From: Eledone cirrhosa
Taxonomy: Eukaryota
NCBI GenBank assembly: GCA_964016885.1
Contig: OZ024741.1
Location: 72,292,001-72,356,000, forward strand
Direction of reading: 5' to 3'
DNA: 64,000 bases
Under the pieces are notes generated by a model that was not told the DNA's origin, made no database searches, and worked only from the letters and a program-made list of their open reading frames with translations. Of the stretch, positions 1 to 12,723 are shown in pieces (positions within the stretch are counted from its first letter, which is position 1; each line of letters starts with the position of its first letter). Made by a program: the position numbers and the translations under genes.

Positions 1-99
1 TTGATTTTAACGAACAAACGTTATTTCGAAATTGAATGTAACGTTGATATTAAATAAACACAGACAAGGAAAAGAGGCTGGTTGCTACATGTAGAAATA

Positions 100-1320
100 G
101 AGAAGATTGAAAGAATGATCGAGAAAACTGAAGGCAACAGAGAAATTACAGAGAATAGAGGAGGACATCATGGAACAGAATGAAGAGCAAAACAAGCGAG
201 ATTCTATCGAAAGTGTTGAAGAAGGAAATATAGCAGAAAATGTTAATTTTGTTGAAGAAAATACTGCAGCAGAAATTAGAAACGAAATTAGTGATGAACA
301 ATAAACAATCATAAACATGTTGAAGACGAAACTGGAAAACCCTGGTAAACATGAAGTAATTAACCTGAAAGTTGCTGATAGAAAGAACACTAGAGAGAAA
401 ACTAAGCTTATCAACGAAGTCATAAGCACAATACATTAGTGATACAAACCTCCTAGTACTTACGTAGCTGATTTGATGGGAATTAAAAACAAGGAAAAGG
501 GACTAACAGGCAACTATGGTAGAAGAGAAGGGTTCACGACAGTGTTATGAAATTACAAACTGGAGGAATGGAAAAATAGAAGTTTACAGAATGAATGGAA
601 AAAAGAAGCACTAGAAAGACAATATAATGTGAAGAATAAGGGAATTAATGCAGTAGCAAAGCAGTTGAAGCTACGAATAAAAGCAAAGATTGCAAAACTA
701 AAGAAATACGAATAAAGACGTAACCAATACATGCCGAATAGACTCTTTCAAATCAATAAAAAAAAGATCTGTTTGAGAAACTGGAAAGAATCGAAAGGAA
801 CAATGATGTAAGGCCAGATGTAGAAGAAAACATTTCTTTTTTGAATAACATTTCTTTTTTGAATAACCTTTGAATAACAATGAGAAAGCAAATTGGATAA
901 AGACCGGATATTGTTGTAATTGTGAAGGAAAGAAACTGCACCCTCATAGACGTAGCGAGTCCTTTTGACATCCGAATTGAATGAAAAGAGGAGAAAGTAG
1001 GGGTTTATACCAACATAAAATATGAGATCTGAAGTAATGAATTGTCACCATTGTCCCGGTGATGATTGGTGCTCTGGCATGGTGACAAAGAACCTTGAAA
1101 ACTACCAGTCGAAAACACTTTGTACCAGGGACTAAACTGCTCCGTGCCTACTAGGAACAACCCGAATATTGAGAAAGGTTCTTGACTACCAGCAGTAGTG
1201 AAATGACAAGGAATGATATGAAAAAGTTGGAGTTCCCTAGGTTACCAGTTGTAGCCCGGTATTCTCTATAAAAACCTACCAAAGGCAACGTCGAAGCTGG
1301 TCGTGATAAATAATCAACTA
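100..1320 (+). mobile_element. Degenerate, internally deleted R4/Dong-like (RLE-type) non-LTR retrotransposon remnant
   Basis: 901-1190 translates, with stops and frameshifts, as RPDIVVIVKERNCTLIDVASPFD...IVPVMIGAL...CLLGTTRILRKVL, a restriction-like endonuclease C-terminus. ~700-770 encodes an NRLFQ segment like the pre-RT NRLFA region of the element at 49494-52345. The RT domain is missing in between. It ends in a TAA/GAT-rich tract at ~1305-1331. The left boundary is approximate. Confidence 0.75.
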
Positions 1321-1321
1321 A

Positions 1322-2172
1322 TAATGATAATGGTTTCTGATTTAAGCAGAAGACCAAACATTTTTTTTTGGGGGGGGGGGAATTCAATTAAATCAATCCC
1401 AGTTCGTTACCGGTACTTTATTTTATCGACCCACAAGGATGAGAGGCAAAATTAACCTCGGCGGGATTTGAATTCAGAACGCAAAGGGACGTAACTCTAT
1501 GCCGCAAAGCATGTTGTCCGACCCTCTACCGATACTGTCAATCCAATAATGATAATGATAATTGTTTCTACTTTTGGCACAAGGCCAATAATTACCCAGT
1601 ACGTTACTGGTACTTTATTTTATCGACCCCGTAAGGATGAAAGGCAAAGTTAAACTCGGCGGGATTTGAACTCAGAACGAAAAGGGCCATAACTCTTTAT
1701 TGCAAAGCATGGCGTCCGACCCTCTACCGATACTGCCAATCCAGATAATGATAATAATGGTTTCTGATTTAGGCACAAGGCCAACAATTTTTGGGGCAGG
1801 GGAAAGGCGATTAAATCGACTCCATTGCGTGACTGGTACTTTATTTTATCGACCCCGTAAGGATGAAAAGCAAAGTTAACTTCGGCGGCATTTGAATTCA
1901 TAACGTAAAGGGACGTAACTCTATGCCGCAAAGCATGTTGTCCGACTCTCTACCGATACTGTCAATCCAATAATGATAATGATAATTGTTTCTACTTTTG
2001 GCACAAGGCCAGCAATTATCCCAGTGCATTACTGGTATTTTATTTTATCGACCCCGTAAGGATGAAAAGCAAAGTTAACCTCGGCGGCATTTGAATTCAG
2101 AACGTAAAGGGCCATAACTATGCTGCATAGCATGGTATCTGACGCTCCACCGATACTGCCAATCTACCGCCC
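1322..2172 (-). mobile_element. Four head-to-tail copies of a tRNA-derived SINE (~1327-1545, 1560-1745, 1758-1968, 1985-2172)
   Basis: On the minus strand each copy has an A-box (TGGCAGTATCGG/TGACAGTATCGG), a B-box (GAGTTCAAATCC/GAATTCAAAT), the core TTGCCTTTCATCCTTACGGGGTCGATAAAATAAAGTACCAG and a 3' end GGCCTTGTGCC..AGAAA. Copies are joined by (ATT/ATC)n. Confidence 0.9.
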
Positions 2173-2176
2173 TTAC

Positions 2177-3635
2177 TAATAATGATTTCTGTATTAGCCA
2201 CACAGTGCTTACATCAGACAAACAATAAAGACGGCATATTACGACACACTGTGGGTTTTTGTGTGGAAAAATGTTATAATAAAAACTAAACCTTAAAAAA
2301 TGTTATAATAAAAACTAAACCTTAAAAAATGTTATAATAAAAACTAAACCTTAAAAAATGTTATAATAAAAACTAAACCTTAAAAAATGTTATAATAAAA
2401 ACTAAACCTTAAAAAAAAAGGTTATAATAAAAACTAAAAAAAAAACATTTATAAATAAAACAAAACAAATTGCCCTCCAAGGAAGGAAGACTTCGAAGGT
2501 CACTCGTGGAGAATGCTTACAAATAGCCAGTCAATCTGACAGCTAGGGCCAGTACCCCCTCCCAGTTGTCCTCCTTCAATCTACAGTTGTTTACTGAGAG
2601 TAGGTCCATTCACCCGGGCCATACTCTCATCCATCTCTCAACAAACTGTTTGGAAGGCAGCACTTTCCTAGACACACTGAACCTTCCTGAAGTGAAACGT
2701 GAAAAAGTTAATCAGGGCCTTGCCAAAGATGAAAGTACTTTCCATAAACCCTTTCAAACGTCTCTGCTACACGACCTTTTTCACCATGGCCACCAAGCAG
2801 ATATAACCTCCTGTCCTTACCGACTAAAGGGAGGCGACGGAACGATCTTCATCATGGAGTCAGCTGATAACCGTATACGTCTTACACACGACAGCAGGTA
2901 TTCGACATAACCCACAATTCAGCAATGTTAGGACACTCGACGAGAGCGTGCAATGTCAGTTGACGGCACATCCATGCCTGCAGAGTTTATCTCGAACTGA
3001 CAATGCTCCCCAATAGCAGTGCCAGTCCAGGGATTTCTGGAAGTTATCCATTGGACCTGGACCGAAAGTACTCCGGAAAAGTGTGACTAGTTGATTTTCG
3101 TCGCTTTTACTCGCCACTATCTGTCTATAGAACGCCAAGATGGAGTTTTAACCGGTCGTACTGTCCAATAGGCAAAAGGCTGTCAGTGCTTGAAGACATT
3201 CCAGTTTCCAAGCGCTCCCTCTCGGTTTTCTCTTGACGTACAACTGCAGCTCTGTCAAAGAGACGAGCTGTGGAAACACACGCCTAGCAAACGGTGACCA
3301 TACTTGTTCACTGTCAAGGAGAAACTGGAGATACTGCAGCCTCAGCGAATGTCTGCGCATCATCAGCCAAGGCATGAATTTTTTCACGCAGAAGGTGTTG
3401 GCAACAAATGGACCGCCTGACCATTGGTATGCATCCCTTCCACAAAAATCGAAAGAGAAAACGCTCTAGTGCAGTCAAACGTGGACCAGGAGAAGGCATG
3501 ACATTCACTAGGTAGTAGCTGACGGACGTGATGTACGCGTGCGCCACCTCTGATCTACCTTTCAGGGATAACTTCCTTTCGGTCCATTTCTGGGTGAGAG
3601 AGGCCATCCTACTCGTTACCTCGTCCCAGTTTTAG
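2177..3635 (-). mobile_element. Old 5'-truncated Tx1-like LINE (ORF2 C-terminal part plus 3' UTR) with an (ATT)-type tail
   Basis: Minus-strand ORFs 3314-3607, 3148-3387 and 2956-3138 (LTQKWTERKLSLKGRSEVA, MPWLMMRRHSLRL, GPMDNFQKSLDW) are homologous to ORF2 of the 21.9-45.8 kb array. The 3' end reads TGTGGCTAATACAGAAATCATTATTAG. Confidence 0.9.
2267..2440. repeat. 30-bp tandem repeat (AAAAATGTTATAATAAAAACTAAACCTTAA), about 5.5 copies, within the LINE 3' UTR
   Basis: Unit read directly from the sequence. Confidence 0.95.
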
Positions 3636-4699
3636 CCAACCTCTCTTTAATGTATCACATAAGGTGGAACTTGTCGTGGATGGATGTGTTCCGAATGGCC
3701 TGTGCTTACAACTATTTTCCTGCGTTCGAGATTTTGAAATTTCTAAAAATATTTCAACTCACTCGACGCTTCAATGTTTCTTTACAAAATGTTACATTGA
3801 AAATTTAATATTTAGTGTTATTTAAGACTATAACTGCCGTCAAGGGTCTTTTAGCTGAATGGTACAGAGCACTCGGTCTGAATTGAGGGGAACAGATTTC
3901 GATCCTCCCTAGCGGCTACTGACCACCTTTTTTTTTTCCCCGTTTATAGAGGCATTTTACTTGATTTTCTCAGCTGTGTTTACAGCTATTTTCGTACAGC
4001 CGAGATTTTCTACATTTCTAAAAAAAAAAAAAAAAAAAAAAAAATTCAACCTACTTTACATATCAACGTTTATTTACAAATTATTTCTCACTTTTCTATT
4101 TGTTTCTCCTTTTCGCTAAGTCACCGTGCACCGCGTTTCTATCTCTACTTATTCAGTTGAAGCACATTGGTTTGTAGCATTTTTTTGGTCTTTATTCGTG
4201 TAATTCGCCAAAAGTCACAACTTGTCCTGTGTCTCCCTATTTGGCTGAATCCAATGTGCACTGGAATGAATAGTATTAACCTATATATATACATAATCGG
4301 CAGCAGACAGTGTGATAATTTCTGCAACTCATTAATATAACACAATACACACGCTCTAAACAATACCCACAAAGCACACACAACACGCACTCTATATAAT
4401 CACACTCTATAAAGTCTCTACACAACACACACAATCCTCACACTTTACAAAATGACCGCAAAACATACAACACACGCGCTCAACACGATCACCACACAAT
4501 GCACACATTCTACTCATTCATCACAAAATATACGCAGACTCACACAGACACACCCTGCATCATAACCACACAACTCTCACGACACACACTCTACATAACC
4601 CCACACAACACTATATCATAAACACACATAGTACACACGGAATATAAACACCCTCTAACATAATAACATAATTCACACTACACATACTTTATAAATCAA

Positions 4700-5020
4700 G
4701 TTGTATGTGTGGGGGAGATAACCCCTGATGAAGTCGTAGAGACACGGTAGTTATATACGACATGTCATGGGTATTTTCAACTTGCGGAGCCCATCCCTCT
4801 CCATGTCCGAACACAGCCGATATTTTGCATAGAAGGAGAGTGGAAGAAATATAGAGGAAAATTGACCCCAGTATTAGACAGGTATTTTTTTTTATCGACT
4901 TCGAAAGGATGTAAGCCAAAGTTGACGTTGTTGCATTTGGACTCGGAGTGCAGAGAGCTGGAACGAATACCGCAAAGCCTTCTAGTTGACGTTCTAACGA
5001 CTCTGCTAATTCGCCGCTTT
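4700..5020 (-). mobile_element. SINE variant (same head and core, different 3' tail); related copies at ~9090-9378 and ~19235-19460
   Basis: Core TTTATCGAC..CGAAAGGA...AAAG and a degenerate tRNA-like head; 4700-4860 and 9090-9240 share a purine-rich segment. Confidence 0.6.
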
Positions 5021-5173
5021 ACAACAAGCCGACGAAACACTAAAATAGCATCAGAAACAATAAGAAAAAAACAAAATCCTACAACAAAGCAATACAAATG
5101 TATTTCTATATACAAACACAATTCAATATATTCCACACAAAAATAAAGACAACAACGACGATATAGCATCTGA

Positions 5174-5176
<3 letters not shown>

Positions 5177-5259
<83 letters not shown>

Positions 5260-5270
5260 AGAGAGAGTGG

Positions 5271-5291
<21 letters not shown>
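5177..5291. repeat. (GA)n microsatellite; other (GA)/(TC) tracts at 12633-12681, 21115-21188, 52809-52871
   Basis: Direct reading. Confidence 0.97.
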
Positions 5292-5302
<11 letters not shown>

Positions 5303-5638
5303 AAGAATGAGTGATGGAAGAATGTAAGAATGAGACAAATATGAGGCGATCAGACCTTAGAAGGGGTGGGAGTAGAAGAAGGGAATCGATGAAGTCCCCC
5401 ACTCCACCCCACTACTTTGCCTCTTCTTACAATCATAAAAAAAGTAACCTAGATTGCAGGGTTGGAATTAAATTCTGTGTCAGACAATAGCAGTGCATGA
5501 ATGAATACACATAACCAAAGAGAACATGGAAGAACTCTAAAAAGAAAGAGAAATACGAACGAACGAATGAAGATACGAACGAATGAATGAATATAAATAA
5601 ATATATATATATATGTGTGTGTGTCTGTGTGTGTGTGC

Positions 5639-5753
<115 letters not shown>

Positions 5754-6029
5754 TATATATCATAAAACATGTCTATAGAATCACAAGATAAAATATATAC
5801 TATTTCCTCTCCCAATTAGCATAATTAACTATATAAAACATCGAATAGACCAGGCTATACGAATGAGGCTTCTATGAAGGAATCTCCGACAAATAACCAA
5901 AACTAGCGCTTCGCATCGGCCGTAGTGGAATATTTATCGAATATTTCGACAGCGTAATCGCCTAGATACAGTCAACTAAGCAGAATTAGGTTTAAAATAA
6001 ACTAGGAGAAAACAGAATACATTTAAATA

Positions 6030-6115
6030 CCTCTACCATGGTTTCGTCCGTGTTTTGAGTTTTCCAATAATTATGTAATAATTATATAAACTCGAGCGCC
6101 GGATTCTTCAGGAAG
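6030..6115 (-). ncRNA. Hammerhead ribozyme motif (type I, PLE-like, extended stem II)
   Basis: Minus strand: CTTC-CTGAAGA-ATCCG...CGGAC-GAAA-CCATGG-TA-GAGG. Intact core, palindromic stem III, GUA cleavage triplet, short stem I. Confidence 0.65.
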
Positions 6116-6483
6116 CTCGCTCATATCTAGACATTAAATTTTCCAAAACGATCGCGCCAAGAATTCATTTCAAAATGGCTAAATATCGTGATGTAGCCGC
6201 GGTCAAGTTGGAAGGGGTGTGGTAGTTGCTTACGACTGGTGGCATTTTTGCTAGAAAGCATAGCACAATACAGCCAAATTTGTGTATCAACCTAGTGGGA
6301 GATTATTACATATAAAAGTTTACATATATATATACATACACATACATATACGTGTTTTGCAACTAGTCACTTTGTGGCTCAATGAAAAATTTATAAATTA
6401 AACAATCAGAGCTATATATCATAAAACATGTCTATAGAATCACAAGATAAAATATATACTATTTCCTCTCCCAATTAGCATAA

Positions 6484-7376
6484 TCTCTATATATAAAACT
6501 GTGGTTGTCTGTCTGTCTATCGATTTTTGGCACACATCTCCTCTTAGAATCTCTCACGGAATTGCACTGAAATTGCTATACTTGTACATTGAGCCCTAGC
6601 GAAGACATCGGAAAAAAAAAATTTCAAATTGACCCACCCTATGTGACGAAATCGAATATAATGTATCGATTTTTGAGCGTAAGTTATCAGTTATTTCCCT
6701 TTGTTCTGTTTACATTGAGCGTCTTACGTAAAAAATTACGCTGGCTTTCTCAGCGTTTAAAATGACATTAACACAATACACGAAGCTTCTGTTTTGCTTC
6801 ATTTCCATTTAAAAGCATTTTAAAACAATATTTTTACTTGAAAACAAGTCTATTTAAAGACTACGTAAAACAAGCAAATATTTCGTCGTTAGGCGTGCAG
6901 ACAGACAGTCGTGCAGACAGACAGTCGTGCAGAGAGGTGATATAGGCGTGCAGACAGACAGTCGTGCAGAGAGGTGATATACGCGTGCAGACAGACAGTC
7001 GTGCAGAGAGGTGATATAGGCGTGCAGACAGACAGTCGTGCAGAGAGGTGATATAGGCGTGCAGACAGACATAACTGATAATTTGGTTACGCTAATGTTT
7101 TTCTCTGCGTTGCAGTGTTTACATTTTCGATCTTTGTTAATAAATAACCAGTGCAGTTTTTATCCCCAGCATCCTCTTTTGTTATAACATTGGGGTTATC
7201 GTTATGTTTTCTTAACTTCATAAGGCATATTGTTGGTTGAGGGAATATTAATCAAAAACACCACATGCAAGTCTGCACAGTAGACACTACAGTTTTTAAG
7301 CCAAAAAAGAAACTTAACATTGTAACTTTAACACAGCTACTGAGCGACCCCGAGCAACGCCGGGCTTTACTGCTAG
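6484..7376 (+). mobile_element. Non-autonomous Helitron
   Basis: 5' TC(TCTATATATAAAA), (GTCT)n near the 5' end, subterminal hairpin CCCGAGCAACGCCGGG, 3' CTAG. Inserted between A and T with no TSD; the uninterrupted site GCATAA|TTAACTATAT is present at 5819-5834. Confidence 0.92.
6891..7071. repeat. ~37-bp minisatellite (GGCGTGCAGACAGACAGTCGTGCAGAGAGGTGATATA) inside the Helitron
   Basis: About 4.5 units read directly. Confidence 0.92.
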
Positions 7377-7519
7377 TTAACTATATAAAAAATCGAATAG
7401 ACCAGGCTATATGAATGAGGCTTCTATGAAGGAATCTCCGACAAATAACCATAATTGATTGTTTAATTTATTAATTTTTCATTGAGCCATAAAGTGACTA
7501 GTTGCAAAACACGTATATG

Positions 7520-7621
<102 letters not shown>

Positions 7622-7854
7622 TATATATATATATGTATGTATATATATTTATTCATATTATCTTTTATTTATATACACACACACACATGTATATATAAAT
7701 AAAAGATATGAATAAATAAATAAAATGAAATCAAAGTCAAGACTTCAATATCCACAGAATATTATCCCCACTTAATGTTTGATTTTACAGTCTTTGTTTA
7801 AGGCTGTTGCTATTGTTGAAGTGATGTTGTAGTGGTCCACGGTGGTGGCATTAT

Positions 7855-8230
7855 AGTTGTGGTTGTTGTTGTTGGTGGTGGTGGTGTGATTGTGGTTGTG
7901 TTGTTGTTGTTGGTGGTGTAGCTGTGGTGGTATTGTTGTTATTGGTGGTGGTGTGGTTGTTGTTGTTGGTGGTGTAGCTGTGGTGGTATTGTTGCTATTG
8001 GTGGTGGTGTGGTTGTTGTTGTTGGTGGTGTAGCTGTGGTGGTATTGTTGTTATTGGTGGTGTGGTTGTTGTTGTTGGTGGTGTAGCTGTGGTGGTATTG
8101 TTGTTATTGGTGGTGGTGTGGTTGTTGTTGTTGGTGGTGTAGCTGTGGTGGTATTGTTGTTATTGGTGGTGGTGTGGTTGTTGTGGCTGTTGTTATTGAT
8201 ATTTTGTTGTTATTTTTGTTATTATTATTA
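7855..8230. repeat. GTT/GGT-rich ~57-bp higher-order repeat; similar low-complexity tract at 8908-9085
   Basis: Recurring unit GGTGTAGCTGTGGTGGTATTGTTGTTATTGGTGGTGGTGTGGTTGTTGTTGTT. Confidence 0.9.
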
Positions 8231-8243
8231 TCAGAGGATAGAG

Positions 8244-8890
8244 GGCGGTGGATTGGCAGTATCGGTAGAGGGTCGGGCGCCATGCGTTACAGCATAGAGA
8301 CACGTCTCTTTACGGCATGAGTTCAAATCCCGCCGAGGTTAACTTTGCCTTTCATCCTTACTGGGTCAATAAAATAAAGCACCAGTAACGTACTGGGGTC
8401 GATTTAATCGACTTTCCCCTCCCCCAAATTACTGGCCTTGGGCCTATACTAGAAATCATTATTATCAGAGGGCGGTGGATTGGCAATATCGGTAGAGGGT
8501 CGGACGCTATGCTTTGCTTTGCAGCAAAGAGTTACGGCCCTTTATGGTCTGAGTTCAAACTCCGCAGAGGTTAACTTTGCCTTTCATCCTTACGGGGTCG
8601 ATAAAATAAAGTACCAGTAATACACTAAGATAATTGGTGGCCTTGTGCCAAAAAGTAGAAACAATTATTATCAGAGAATAGACGGTAGTGGATTGGCAGT
8701 ATCGGTAGAGCGTCGGACAGCATGTTTGCTGTATATAGTTACGTTCTGAGTTCAAATACTTTTAGATTAGCTTTACCTACCATTCTTACGAAGTCGATAA
8801 AATAAGTACCAGTAATGCCCTGGAGTCAATTCAATCAACTTTCCTCTTTCTCAAAATTGTTGGCCTTGTGCCTAAATCATAAATCAAGTT
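8244..8890 (+). mobile_element. Three head-to-tail copies of the tRNA-derived SINE (~8244-8466, 8471-8671, 8682-8890)
   Basis: GGCGGTGGATTGGCAGTATCGGTAGAG head, GAGTTCAAA B-box and shared core; copies are joined by ATTATTATCAGAG. Confidence 0.9.
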
Positions 8891-9549
8891 TATAAGCGGA
8901 AAGTACTGTTGTTATTGTTGTTGGTAGTGGTGGTGTAGCTGTAATTGTGGTTGTTGTTGATGGTGTGGTTGTTGATGTTGTGGTTGCTGTTATTGTTATT
9001 GTTGTTGTTATTGAAATTGTGGTTGTTGTAGTTGGTGTTGTTATTGCTGTTGTTGATGTTGTGGTTGTGCTTGTTGTTGGTGTTATTTATATGGTATGGT
9101 ATGGTTCCGTAACTCCTGATAGACGGTGTCTCTTGGGAATTTTAAACCTGGCGAAGCCTATCCCAGGTTTGAAGAGAAGCATAGACAGTGAGAAAATGGA
9201 AGTGAAAAAGAGATATAGAGGAAGAATCAACCACAATACTAGACTATTTTTTATCGACCTCGAAAGGACGAAAGGCAAATTTGCCCTCGGCGGGATTTGA
9301 ACTCAGATAGCAGAGAGCCAGAACGAATACCGTAAAGCATTCTATCTGATGTTCTAACGAATCTACCAATTCGTTGCTTCTTAAACCATTCTTCGTCCTG
9401 TCTTTGACAAAACGAAGTTAGTTGTTAACAAAAAAATATATTATTTAATTAAAATTATAATTGTTTCTACATTTAACACAAGGCCACCAATTACCCAGTA
9501 CGTTATTTTATCGACCCCGTAAGGATAAATATTAAAATTATAATGTTGA

Positions 9550-9870
9550 TGGTAGTGATTGTTGTTGGTATTGTGAGTGTTGCGCGCTCTAACTGGTACA
9601 TGTACACGATGGTTAACAAACCTGAAAGACTCGATCTCATCGGAAGTCCTAAGATTTGTTTGTATACGGAGCCCTCTAACTGGAAAAAGGCGTTGCACAT
9701 GAAGATAGAGAGCAGTTTGCGGATGTCAGCAGCAGTGACCCCCCCCCCATAAAAAAACAATGGAGGTCGGTAGAGGCGATGATATTGTCTGTAATTAAGT
9801 CGATGGCCGAGGAAACTACGTCTAAACTAAACGGGTATCTATTCTGTCCAAGTGTAGTGGAGCAAACATC
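9550..9870 (-). pseudogene. Penelope-like reverse transcriptase fragment
   Basis: ORF 9503-9760(-): CNAFFQLEGSVYKQILGLPMRSSLSGLLTIVYMYQLE matches the PLE RT 'F.F....YKQ..GL.MGS.LS' motif; upstream YPFSLDV resembles the RT 'SLDV' motif. Confidence 0.8.
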
Positions 9871-10072
9871 ACGGACGCTCTATCTCAAAATTATTTTTGA
9901 AAAGCATTTAGAAATGCGCAACCGGTAAAACTTAAAACCAAAACTGAATACTAACCAATACAATTACTAATTCTCATTTATTCCTAATTAAACTATTTTT
10001 CACTGTGAACAATTTGTCAGCATTTTCTATTCCGTTTACTAATATATAATAACTTGTGTGTTACACCTCTAT

Positions 10073-10115
<43 letters not shown>

Positions 10116-10197
10116 TTATTCCGGGTTCAATCGGGGGTAACCACAGTAAGTAAGGTACTCAATACATAGCAGAGTATAAATGTTTTAATATAGAAAT

Positions 10198-10246
10198 GCT
10201 TCTACATGTCTAGAACTGTTTCATTCGTGAGAAATCATCAGGAAGC
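10198..10246 (-). ncRNA. Minimal hammerhead ribozyme motif in a PLE pLTR-like insert (10113-10500) between (TA)n tracts
   Basis: Minus strand: GCTTC-CTGATGA-TTTCTCACGAAT-GAAA-CAGTTCTAGACATG-TA-GAAGC. Stem I GCTTC/GAAGC is perfect and the core is intact. Confidence 0.75.
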
Positions 10247-10500
10247 TGACTCTCCAAGTAAATGTGGTGGTATTTATATCTTTTCTGGTGGTAGGAGAGG
10301 TTGGGGATTGAGATGGGTGGAGGTCATTTGTTGATGGATTTAAAGAAAAGGGAATTCATTAAAAGCTAATTCTTTAAAGCTATAATTTATATTAACAAAG
10401 GCAGAAAGAATACTGTAAACAGGTTCAAATTGGAAAACCGATCCTTGTTTATCTCTTAAAGTAACAATGCCTGTAAGTCAGGTGTCTACAGGATGGGTGG

Positions 10501-10551
<51 letters not shown>

Positions 10552-11053
10552 ATAGGGAGAAAAAGACGATTATTAGGAAGAAAAAAAATATTTTTTTCCT
10601 TTTTATTTTTTCTCTTTTTTTCTGGGTTAGAAAATGTTTAAAACAAAATAATTTACTTTGTGTGACGTATTGAGGTATTAGTTAATTTATTTATTAATTA
10701 ACAATGGCATTTATTTATTTATTTATATATTTAATAATTGTCTATTACCGGTTTCAGCATTTTATGCATTATCAAAGGGGGGAATTTGTATTGGTTTAAA
10801 ATGTTAATTCGTGTACATGTTAAGGAAATGGTGAAGAAAAAATAACGTTATTTACAAACAAGGTTTTTTGAAGTGAAAAGAAAAAAAGAAAAAAAGGGGG
10901 GGGGGGGTAATGTGGAACATAATAGGGTAACGGGAAATAAAAAATAACTATGCCTGTAAATAATATTATTTTTTATTTCCCATTACCCTATAATGCTCCA
11001 CATTACCCCCTTTTTTTCTTTTTTCCCAACTCCTGTGTCCCTTCTCCACATTT

Positions 11054-11124
<71 letters not shown>

Positions 11125-12446
11125 TATATACACACACATATATATATATTATATATATATATATATTTAATATAGAAAAGGCTTCTTATATATATATATT
11201 CTGATTGCTTTTTTTTTCGATTTATTTTTTATATACTGCTCCCACATTTCGGTTGAGCTGATCTATTAGAAAGAGTTGATGAGCTATTTCTAGCTCTCAC
11301 GTCAACCTGTTTACTGTCTATATGACGCCAAGAAATGCACATGTAGTTGGCTTTCATTCCAGCGTGGTGCCATTTTGCTGATATTGTTACGGTTAAGAGT
11401 AAAAACTGAGCTCCTACTAGACAAATTACAGTTTGTGGTACTAGTTAAGAAACACTTGCTTACTGAGGAGCACCTGGGTCTTCAAGTTAATTAATTATAC
11501 CGTGTTTATTTAAACCATGGTAGTTCGTGCATTCTTTCTCTGAGATTTGTAACAGCTGTATAGGATTAGTTTAGGTGTAATAAGTAATGTAATATTCTTA
11601 TATTCTGATTGGTTTTGTAACTTGTAATATGTATTACATTATATAATTAATATTGTTCTCTGCAAAGAATGCTCTGGAATTTTTTTTTTTAAATCTTACT
11701 TTCATTGAGTTCCACAGAACAAAAAATTCGATATAATTTTGACACTCCACATATATACCCCCCCCACACGCACACACACATATATATATATATGTATGTA
11801 CACACACAGACACACAAACACACAAACAGACTCACACAGACACACAGACACACACAGACACACAGACACACTGACACACACTCACACATACACACACTCA
11901 CATATACACACATGTATATAATTAATTGGAGAAAAGTAGAGAAAAATATTTTTTTTCGTTACGAAAAGAATATTTTTTCTTTGATAGCGACGCTACTCAT
12001 TTGTTTATTGTATATAAACATATAATATATGTCTCCATATACACCCCTATTATGTTTAAACGCAGTTTTAGTGCTACTGCCAATTAATTATAACCGGCCA
12101 AGTTCGTACTATATGCAAATGAGTATTTCCAGCCGTTGTCTTCGATTTACTATATGCAAATGAGAATCTCTAGCAAACGTTCATCACGCAAAATTCTATA
12201 TAGACACTAATCTATAACCAAGCCAGTAGGAGTTGAGGGAATGTCACAGATGAAATATTAACAAATGTTGAAACTGCGCTCACTGGTATTCTCGCCTTTA
12301 CTGAGAACTCTGAAATGTTCACAGAGAAAAATAGAAATAAATATAGTTTTTGTCATGAAAATATATTTTTCTTTTATAACGTCGTTACTCGTGCGTTTAT
12401 TGTAAATAAACACATAGTATATGTTTTCATATACACCTACACATAT

Positions 12447-12567
12447 ATATAGTAGAGAGTTAGAGCTTGATGTCTGGGCTCTTGCCGTTTCGACAGCAAA
12501 TTCTAGACTTGAATTTACTGTTGAAACGACAAGAGCTCATCCACCGGGCTCTAACTTTCTACTATAT
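12447..12567. repeat. ~120-bp near-perfect fold-back (hairpin/MITE-like)
   Basis: ATAGTAGAGAGTTAGAGC...GGCTCTTGCCGTTTCGACAGCAAATTC pairs with GAATTTACTGTTGAAACGACAAGAGCT...GCTCTAACTTTCTACTAT. Confidence 0.85.
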
Positions 12568-12628
12568 TTATACTCTACTATCTCAAGTAGAACATGGTCT
12601 TTCTAGTTTAAACTGTTAAAATTCTGAT

Positions 12629-12723
<95 letters not shown>

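Noticed and set aside
3845-3920. tRNA-like sequence
   Set aside because: The A-box is present but the B-box and cloverleaf are degenerate; it lies between direct repeats of a decayed element, so it is not a supportable tRNA gene.
4713-4750. CTGATGA hammerhead-like cores (also 11463, 13421, 45788)
   Set aside because: No correctly placed GAAA with stems I and III.
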